From Melioribacter roseus (lineage in GTDB: Bacteria > Bacteroidota > Ignavibacteria > Ignavibacteriales > Melioribacteraceae), in assembly GCA_020726285.1 (NCBI GenBank), contig DYSW01000003.1:30990-94989 (forward strand): a stretch of DNA of 64,000 nt. The letters run 5' to 3'. Position 1 is the stretch's first letter; each line of letters starts with the position of its first letter. The position numbers and the translations under genes are program-made. The notes under the pieces are model-generated. The model did not search any database, was not told the DNA's origin, and worked only from the letters and a program-made list of their open reading frames with translations. Shown here piece after piece: positions 59,001-64,000 of this stretch.

Positions 59001-59207
59001 TTTGGACTTGATGTAATTGATAGAATAAATGTTTATTATAAGTCAGATAAAAAATTTATAGATTATTTAGTAAATTTTTACGATTATATTAATAACGAAA
59101 TTTTAAGTGATATTATCATAAATTCTGAAACAGAAAATGGTGAATTTGAACAAAGTTGGGAAATTGGTGAATTTAAAGTAAATATCTCAATTAGAAAAAA
59201 TGATTGA
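56043..59207 (+). CDS. ileS: Isoleucine--tRNA ligase (type 2, Bacteroidetes-like)
   Basis: 1054 aa. PPTANGKPGIHHVMAR HIGH region, GWDTHGLP, CP1 editing insertion and KMSKS (LKMSKSRGN). Confidence 0.97.
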   Translation: MFKQYKKVDYPEIEKQILQNWKENQIFEKSISSRDENKPFTFYEGPPTANGKPGIHHVMARSLKDLVCRYKTLQGYRVHRKAGWDTHGLPVEIEVEKQLGIKNKSEIPEFGVAKYNKACYNSVFTYKELWEQMTERMGYWVNLSEPYITCDQNYIESVWWALKTMFDKGLLFKDYKIVPQCPRSETVLSSHELALGYKETKDPSVFVLFKINDEKFANEEIFFLVWTTTPWTLISNVAVAVGPNIDYVKIKTDNKLMILAKERLSVIQNEYEIISEYKGKDLVGTSYKQLFDYCTVDKKAFFAIEANFVSTEDGSGIVHIAPAFGADDYEISKKNNLPFLQPVRRNGTFTEEVTDFENQFVKDADAGIILKLKENGQLYRKETILHTYPFSWRFDDVPVIYYARESWFIRTTSIADKMVELNKTINWYPPEVGSGRFGNWLEENKDWALSRDRFWATPLPIWISEDNEMFAVGSVAELKEGFIVKNGEKVKVSALDESEIDLHKPFVDEVFFEKNGKIFNRTPELIDVWFDSGAMPFAQLHYPFENKELFEKNYPADFICEGIDQTRGWFYTLHAIGTMLFGKVAYKNLIVNELILDKNGLKMSKSRGNTVNPFELFDKYGADATRWYLVTTSPPWKPTLFDEEGILEVQRKFFGTIINSYSFFALYANLDNFTYSETQIPYENRPEIDRWIISKMNSVVKEYQILMDSYEVTKAARLVSDFTIDEVSNWYVRRNRRRFWKSEINENKLAAYQTLYEVLITITKLASPFAPFISDEIYQNLNTITQKENFESVHLTSIPLTTYVDKYLEDKMEIAQRVVFLTRSMRAKGNLKVRQPLQKIMVAVNQEKREAISEMQDVILEEINIKHLELLLDDSGIVSKSAKPNFKVIGPKYGKLVKPLTNAIKEMTKEQIAELEKNGKITLSVENESLLVGFDEIEILSTQIEGWMVETENGLTVAIDTELNENLIAEGYAREFVNRVQNMRKDFGLDVIDRINVYYKSDKKFIDYLVNFYDYINNEILSDIIINSETENGEFEQSWEIGEFKVNISIRKND

Positions 59208-59230
59208 ATTTGAGAAAAGGAGAAAATAAA

Positions 59231-60010
59231 ATGGCTAAAAAACTTACAGAAGAAAAAAAGACTAACTTAAATGTTGTTGAAGAAGTTAAAACAAAGAAAT
59301 CAGATAAAGTTGAAGAAAAAGTTGAAAAGAAACCAAATCCTGCAGAAATAGCTGAAAAAAAAGCAAAGAAAAAAGATATTGCTGATTTAAAAGCTGTAGA
59401 AGCAATTGTTGAAAAGAATATCGATAAATCGGTAGATAAACCTGGACAAGAATTAAAGCCAAAAGCAACTACATCTTCATTAAGAATTAAAAGATCATCT
59501 TCCAAAGATCAAGATGAAATAATTTTATCTGGAAGATTGATGGTTCGCCGACCTAAAAAAGAGAATGAACCTTTTGTCATTTCAACTGCTAACGGTTCTA
59601 CAATGAATGGTTATACCCCGGAAGAATTAAGAGAATTCCGCGAACTGCTAAGTGCACGTAGAAATGAAATTCTTGAACAACTACAATTATTGAAAGATCA
59701 AATGCACGACCCAAATACTGGTGAATATGTTAATGAAAATTCACCTTATTCTCTTCACATGGCAGAACAAGGCACAGATGCACAGGAAAGAGAAAAACTA
59801 TATCTTTGGGCACAACGCGAAACAAAATTACTTCGTTATACTGAAGATGCAATCACAAGAATTGATCTAGGAACTTACGGATTTTGTGTCGATTGCATTG
59901 AACAACCAAAAAAACTATGCCCAACTTGTCCGCTAATTCCAAAAGAAAGACTTCGAGCAGTTCCACATACTCAGCATTGTATTCAAGTTAAACAAACAAA
60001 ACAAAAATAA
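59231..60010 (+). CDS. DksA/TraR-family zinc-finger protein with ~125-aa Lys/Glu-rich N-terminal extension
   Basis: AAGGAG SD followed 8 nt later by the ATG at 59231 (preferred to the TTG at 59204). The C-terminal ~130 aa has the DksA coiled-coil layout and ..GTYGFCVDCIEQPKKLCPTCPLIPKERLRAVPH. It occupies the conserved ileS-dksA-lspA position. Confidence 0.75.
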   Translation: MAKKLTEEKKTNLNVVEEVKTKKSDKVEEKVEKKPNPAEIAEKKAKKKDIADLKAVEAIVEKNIDKSVDKPGQELKPKATTSSLRIKRSSSKDQDEIILSGRLMVRRPKKENEPFVISTANGSTMNGYTPEELREFRELLSARRNEILEQLQLLKDQMHDPNTGEYVNENSPYSLHMAEQGTDAQEREKLYLWAQRETKLLRYTEDAITRIDLGTYGFCVDCIEQPKKLCPTCPLIPKERLRAVPHTQHCIQVKQTKQK

Positions 60011-60661
60011 TTGGCTGTACTAATAATTTCGGCAATTATAGTTATTGTCGATCAAATCTCGAAATTACTGGTTCGTGGCTTCTCAGTTCCTTTTTTAGGA
60101 ATAGAACACAACGGCTTTTACTATGGTGAAAGCATTCCAATTATTGGCGATTTTCTACAATTCACATTTGTTGAAAATCCAGGAATTGCTTTTGGTATTG
60201 ATATTGGAATCGAAGCCAAACTTTTCCTCACTATTTTCACATTTCTTCTTAGTTCCGCAATTTTTGTTTTTTTATACAAGAACAAAAGAAATGTACTGAC
60301 ATATAGAATTGGAATTGCTTTAGTTTTAGGTGGAGCAATAGGAAATTTGATTGATAGAATGTTTTACGGTGTATTATTTGATTATGCTCCACTATTTTAT
60401 GGAAAAGTAGTTGATTTCATCAATTTTGAATTTCCAGATTTTACATTACTTGGAAGTACATTTACAAGATTTCCAATCTTCAATATTGCAGATTCAGCAG
60501 TTACAATTGGTGTAATTATTATTCTACTATTTGCTCCTGAAAATAATTTTGGCATTAAAAAGAAAAATGGGAATAATTCTCTTGATGGAAATAATTCTGA
60601 ACTAGATAAAAATGAAATTAACGGTTCAGATTTAACTTCTCAAGAAGAAAAATCGTTATAA
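60011..60661 (+). CDS. lspA: Lipoprotein signal peptidase (signal peptidase II)
   Basis: 216 aa. VDQISK, VENPGIAFG and FNIADSAVTIG. The TTG start directly abuts the dksA stop, and there is no alternative in-frame ATG. Low-complexity N/S/E-rich C-terminal tail. Confidence 0.9.
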   Translation: MAVLIISAIIVIVDQISKLLVRGFSVPFLGIEHNGFYYGESIPIIGDFLQFTFVENPGIAFGIDIGIEAKLFLTIFTFLLSSAIFVFLYKNKRNVLTYRIGIALVLGGAIGNLIDRMFYGVLFDYAPLFYGKVVDFINFEFPDFTLLGSTFTRFPIFNIADSAVTIGVIIILLFAPENNFGIKKKNGNNSLDGNNSELDKNEINGSDLTSQEEKSL

Positions 60662-60682
60662 ACCTTATAAATTGAGTGCATC

Positions 60683-61663
60683 TTGAGTAAATTGATTAAT
60701 GAAAAGATTATTGAAATTATTGTTGAACCACGTCAGAAAAAGGAACGATTAGATAGCTATTTAACAAATCATGTTGAAAACGCAACTCGAACAAAAATCC
60801 AAAAATTAATTAAAGCAGAATTAGTTACCGTAAATGGTAATTACGAAAAACCCAATTATCAAGTTTTAGGAAATGATAATATTATCATGAAAATACCAAT
60901 TTCTCCTCGTCCAGAATTTATTGAACCCGAAGAAATTCCTCTTGATATTATTTACGAAGACGAATTTATGCTTGTAATAAACAAACCAGCTGGAATGGTA
61001 GTTCATCCCGCACTTGGGCATCACACTGGAACGCTTGTAAACGCTCTTTTGCATTACACTTCAAATTTGAGCCAAGTTCGTGAAGAAGAAGGACCAGGAA
61101 TTGTCCACCGTATTGATAAAGAAACTTCGGGGCTATTATTAATTGCTAAAGACAATTGGACACATGCACAATTAGCTAAACAATTTGCAGTTCATTCTAT
61201 TCATAGGGAATATTGGGCTGTGGCTTGGGGACATTTTAAGCATCCAAAAGGTGAAATTGTTGGAAATATTACAAGAAGTAAAACAGATAGAAAAGTATAT
61301 ACTGTAAGTAAAATTGAAGGTAAATTTGCACATACTTTTTATAAAGTTATGGAAGAATTTGAATTTGCTTCGTTAGTAAAATTAAATCTAAAAACAGGTA
61401 GAACGCACCAAATTAGAGTTCATCTTGCGAGTATAAATCACCCAATTTTCGGTGACCCGACTTATGGAGGTAGAAAAATAAATTATGGGGGTGATTTAGC
61501 AAAATTGAAAAGTAGAGTAAATAATTTGTTGGAAATTATGCCACGACAAGCTTTACATGCAAAAACTTTAGGATTTTTCCATCCACATTTGGATAAAGAA
61601 TTATTTTTTAATTCCGAACTACCCGCAGATTTTACTGAATTACTGGAAAAATTGAAATCGTAA
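60683..61663 (+). CDS. rluD: RluA/RluD-family 23S rRNA pseudouridine synthase
   Basis: 326 aa. S4-like N-terminus (RLDSYL), PAGMVVHP, catalytic HRIDKETSG, and GRTHQIRVH. TTG start assumed. Confidence 0.9.
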   Translation: MSKLINEKIIEIIVEPRQKKERLDSYLTNHVENATRTKIQKLIKAELVTVNGNYEKPNYQVLGNDNIIMKIPISPRPEFIEPEEIPLDIIYEDEFMLVINKPAGMVVHPALGHHTGTLVNALLHYTSNLSQVREEEGPGIVHRIDKETSGLLLIAKDNWTHAQLAKQFAVHSIHREYWAVAWGHFKHPKGEIVGNITRSKTDRKVYTVSKIEGKFAHTFYKVMEEFEFASLVKLNLKTGRTHQIRVHLASINHPIFGDPTYGGRKINYGGDLAKLKSRVNNLLEIMPRQALHAKTLGFFHPHLDKELFFNSELPADFTELLEKLKS

Positions 61664-61667
61664 TTTG

Positions 61668-62026
61668 TTACTTTACAAAACGAGCGATTTCTGTTTGTAA
61701 CCCATCAAGCGGGGCAATTAAATCGACAAGTTTATTAAAATTTGTTGGTTTCGTTAAATATTCATCTGCTCCAGCTAAAAGAACTTTATTTTTTGCGTCA
61801 GATGAATTTACAGGAGTAAGTAAAAAAATAATTGGTTGTTTTCTCAAGAGTTTCTAACTCTTGAAAATGAGTTCAATTCCAACCATTTCTGGCATTAACC
61901 AATCAGTTACAATTACATCAAAATCATTTAACTTGATTAATTCCCATGCTTCACTTCTGTTTACTGCAACATCCACCTTGTATTTTGCTGAAATTATTTC
62001 AAGCATTATTTTTCAATATTTATCAT
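61668..62026 (-). pseudogene. Decayed CheY-like response-regulator receiver gene
   Basis: The minus strand reads MINIEK, then a stop overlapping the next ATG (TAATG). It continues MLEIISAKYKVDVAVNRSEAWELIKLNDFDVIVTDWLMPEMVGIELIFKS, then TAG (plus 61854..61856), then KLLRKQPIIFLLTPVNSSDAKNKVLLAGADEYLTKPTNFNKLVDLI... to a stop. Receiver hallmarks are present (D-x-x-MP phospho-acceptor region, PII.LT, GA.(D/E)YL.KP). The beta1 strand and acidic DD pair are missing. Confidence 0.7.
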
Positions 62027-62090
62027 AATATTATTTGTTATTTGGAAGCTATCGGTAAAATGTAATTATTATTAAATCAATCAGATAAGA

Positions 62091-62112
62091 AATCCCACAA
62101 GATTGTGGGATT
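62091..62112 (-). terminator. Hairpin just downstream of the GH2 gene stop (probable terminator)
   Basis: AATCCCACA-agat-TGTGGGATT. The minus strand continues with a moderately T-rich stretch. Confidence 0.55.
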
Positions 62113-62119
62113 GTAATTT

Positions 62120-64000
62120 CTATTTTACAATAATCATTTTTTTAGCTTGGATAAAATTTCCACTCTGAATTTTATAAATGTAAACTCCATTTGCAAGGTT
62201 TGAAGTGTCGAACACAATCTCGTGAATTCCAGCTGAAAATGGTTTATTTACAACTTCAGCTACTTCTTCGCCAATGGTATTATAGATTTTTATGTTCACA
62301 TTTGATGAATTATTGCTTGTTGGTACGGAAAATTTTATTGTTGTTGAGTGTTTTGCGGTTGAATCGTTATTTTTAGCAATTACTGGATTAGGAAAATTTT
62401 GAAATAATACAAACTCTTCAGCATTTCCACTTAAATTATTTTCATCAATTCCAACAATCATTCCACCCATATTCGCCCAAGGTTGATAATTGTCGTATAA
62501 TGTGTAATAAACTGGCTTTTTCCAAGTTCTATCCATTGAAATAAGTCCCATACTTTGGTAACCAGTTGTTTGATGATAAGTGTACCAATCAAAAACGCAC
62601 CACCAAGTAGTTGCAATTAAATGTCCGTTTGGATTATAAACCCCATTTTCATTAATTGGTGCAAAAAATCTGAACGCATCAAAAGTTTGTTCAAAAACTG
62701 TAACTTGTGTTCGTTGCGAGGAACCGTTTTCTGACGACCAATAACCAAATTCGGTATCAATAATTGGTTTATTTGGAAATGCGTTTCTTGCATTTACTAA
62801 GAAAAGCAAAGTCCCGTTGTAATAAGTTCCACCGTGGAAAATACCAAAATACATTGTCCAACCAGCAGCATCAAGTGGTGTTTGTGTTTCGTCTGCATAA
62901 CCAGGATAATCAGCCGCGGCAGATTGTGTAACTAATCTTCCATCAGGATAATTTGTGTGAATATCATTCATAATTGTTTCGTGAAAAATCAATCTATTAG
63001 GAGTGTCTTTGCACTCGTTTGCTGTACTCCAAAATAGAATTGATGGGCGGTTGAAATCTTTATAAACCATTTCACGGAACATTTGTTGATGAATATGTCG
63101 TTCGTTGTTCTGTATCAACCAAGGAGTTTCAGTATTAAACCACCAAACTGGAATTTCTTCCATCACTGCAATCCCAAGTCGGTCAGTAATCAAATAAGTA
63201 TAAGGATGATTTGGATAATGTGCAGTTCGAATGTAAAGAATGTTTGATTCTTTAATCAATTTGAAATCGCTATAAATTATTTCTTTTGGCACACTTCTGC
63301 CATATTCTGGGTGATCTTCGTGGCGAGCTGCACCAGTTAAAAACGAAACATTTCCATTTATTAGCAATTTATCAGAATTTGTTTCGACAGTTCTGATACC
63401 AAATTGAGTTGAAAATTCGTCAATTACAACTGAATTTTCCAACAATTCGGTTTTAAGAATATACAAATTTGGGTTTTTCATTGTCCACAAATCTGGATTA
63501 TTTACAGAAAGATTGGTTTGATTTGGGAAAACTTCGCCACTTGAAAGGGAAATATTCGAAGAAGTTTCACCAGAAAAAGATGCCATTTCTCCAATCAATT
63601 CGTAAGTGAATTCAGTTTGAATATTTGTGGAATCAATATTTGCTTTATAAATAGAATGCCTAATTTCTAAAATTTTTGATGTTAAATCGTTGTTATAAAC
63701 CACAGTTTTTACAGAAATATTTCCATTTTTATCAAGCGGACGAACATCGTTTCTAACAATTGATGTTTTGTTTGCGAATTCGATGTAAACATCATGAATA
63801 ATTCCTGCATAATTAAACCAATCTGAATCATAAGCTGGAACAATATCGTCTCGTGTATCCCATTCAATATTATCAACTCGCACTGAAATTAGGTTTTCGG
63901 CTCCATAATTCAATTTATCTGAAATATCGAAAGCAAAAGGTGTGTAACCGCCTTCGTGATAACCAACATATTGTCCATTTATCCAAACATCAGCAACGTA
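62120..64000 (-). CDS. Glycoside hydrolase family 2 enzyme with T9SS C-terminal sorting domain; 5' end runs off the window
   Basis: The frame stays open to base 64000 (YVADVWINGQYVGYHEGGYTPFAFDISDKL... is the GH2 sugar-binding domain). The TIM barrel has the acid/base block NRPSILFWSTANEC and the nucleophile block IIDTEFGYW. The C-terminal FQNFPNP...TTIKFSVP...GVYIYKIQSGNF..AKKMIIVK is a Por tail. Confidence 0.88.
   Translation of the reverse strand, partial: YVADVWINGQYVGYHEGGYTPFAFDISDKLNYGAENLISVRVDNIEWDTRDDIVPAYDSDWFNYAGIIHDVYIEFANKTSIVRNDVRPLDKNGNISVKTVVYNNDLTSKILEIRHSIYKANIDSTNIQTEFTYELIGEMASFSGETSSNISLSSGEVFPNQTNLSVNNPDLWTMKNPNLYILKTELLENSVVIDEFSTQFGIRTVETNSDKLLINGNVSFLTGAARHEDHPEYGRSVPKEIIYSDFKLIKESNILYIRTAHYPNHPYTYLITDRLGIAVMEEIPVWWFNTETPWLIQNNERHIHQQMFREMVYKDFNRPSILFWSTANECKDTPNRLIFHETIMNDIHTNYPDGRLVTQSAAADYPGYADETQTPLDAAGWTMYFGIFHGGTYYNGTLLFLVNARNAFPNKPIIDTEFGYWSSENGSSQRTQVTVFEQTFDAFRFFAPINENGVYNPNGHLIATTWWCVFDWYTYHQTTGYQSMGLISMDRTWKKPVYYTLYDNYQPWANMGGMIVGIDENNLSGNAEEFVLFQNFPNPVIAKNNDSTAKHSTTIKFSVPTSNNSSNVNIKIYNTIGEEVAEVVNKPFSAGIHEIVFDTSNLANGVYIYKIQSGNFIQAKKMIIVK

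Noticed and set aside
59191-59505. 104-aa ORF antisense to the 5' part of the dksA-like gene.
   Set aside because: It is a mirror image of the Lys/Glu-rich coding stretch, giving an F/S/L-rich product. It is a compositional artefact.
1-64000. Screen for CRISPR arrays, transposases/IS ends, integrases, phage genes, toxin-antitoxin pairs and known defence-system genes.
   Set aside because: None was found. All ORFs of 100 aa or more that I accept are assignable to housekeeping, envelope or glycan functions. The only mobile- or defence-flavoured item is the lone HicB-like ORF. Base composition looks uniform by eye, with no obvious island.

Overview
This is an AT-rich 64 kb stretch of core chromosome from an FCB-superphylum bacterium, Ignavibacteria-like by my reading. 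The taxonomic clues are T9SS C-terminal sorting tails of the NYPNPFNP...KKM type, a Bacteroidetes-type IleS HIGH region (KPGIHHVMAR), TTTG/TAnnTTTG promoter boxes and ileS-dksA-lspA synteny.

I can support 54 protein genes (the two at the window edges are partial), one tRNA-Phe(GAA) and three decayed gene relics hidden in intergenic spacers. There is no rRNA, CRISPR array, transposase, integrase or phage gene, and no recognisable defence island.

Genes sit in long co-directional runs with many TAATG/ATGA stop-start overlaps:
- manC-rpiB-pyrK-pyrD-folC
- ymdB-folD-deoC-orf79-trmH
- hldA-hldC-tamB-rnr
- hldD-nudix
- ALDH-mazG

The content is overwhelmingly housekeeping:
- Envelope precursors and LPS heptose: glmS, manC, hldD/hldA/hldC
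- Pyrimidine, folate, methionine and cofactor metabolism: pyrKD, folC, folD, metH, pdxJ, prs
- DNA repair: uvrD, uvrA
- Translation: rplY-pth, rpsF-ssb-rpsR-rplI, ileS, rnr, rluD, trmH
- Secretion and envelope: secDF, tamB, lspA

I did not find a convincing self-contained novel multi-gene system. The leads I rate highest are:
1. Three dispersed sugar-phosphate/aldehyde enzymes (RpiB, DERA, CoA-acylating ALDH) each carry a terminal extension that looks like a bacterial-microcompartment encapsulation peptide. No shell genes are visible in the window.
2. A 1081-aa HExxH-peptidase / PD40-propeller / Omp85-type-barrel fusion lies two genes downstream of a tamB that has no adjacent tamA/tamL.
3. Three pseudogene relics survive in spacers: a T9SS sorting tail, a metallophosphoesterase 3' half and a CheY-like receiver.
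4. A promoter-proximal hairpin plus U-tract lies in the rpsF leader.

All functional calls rest on motif and family recognition by eye. No database search was possible.
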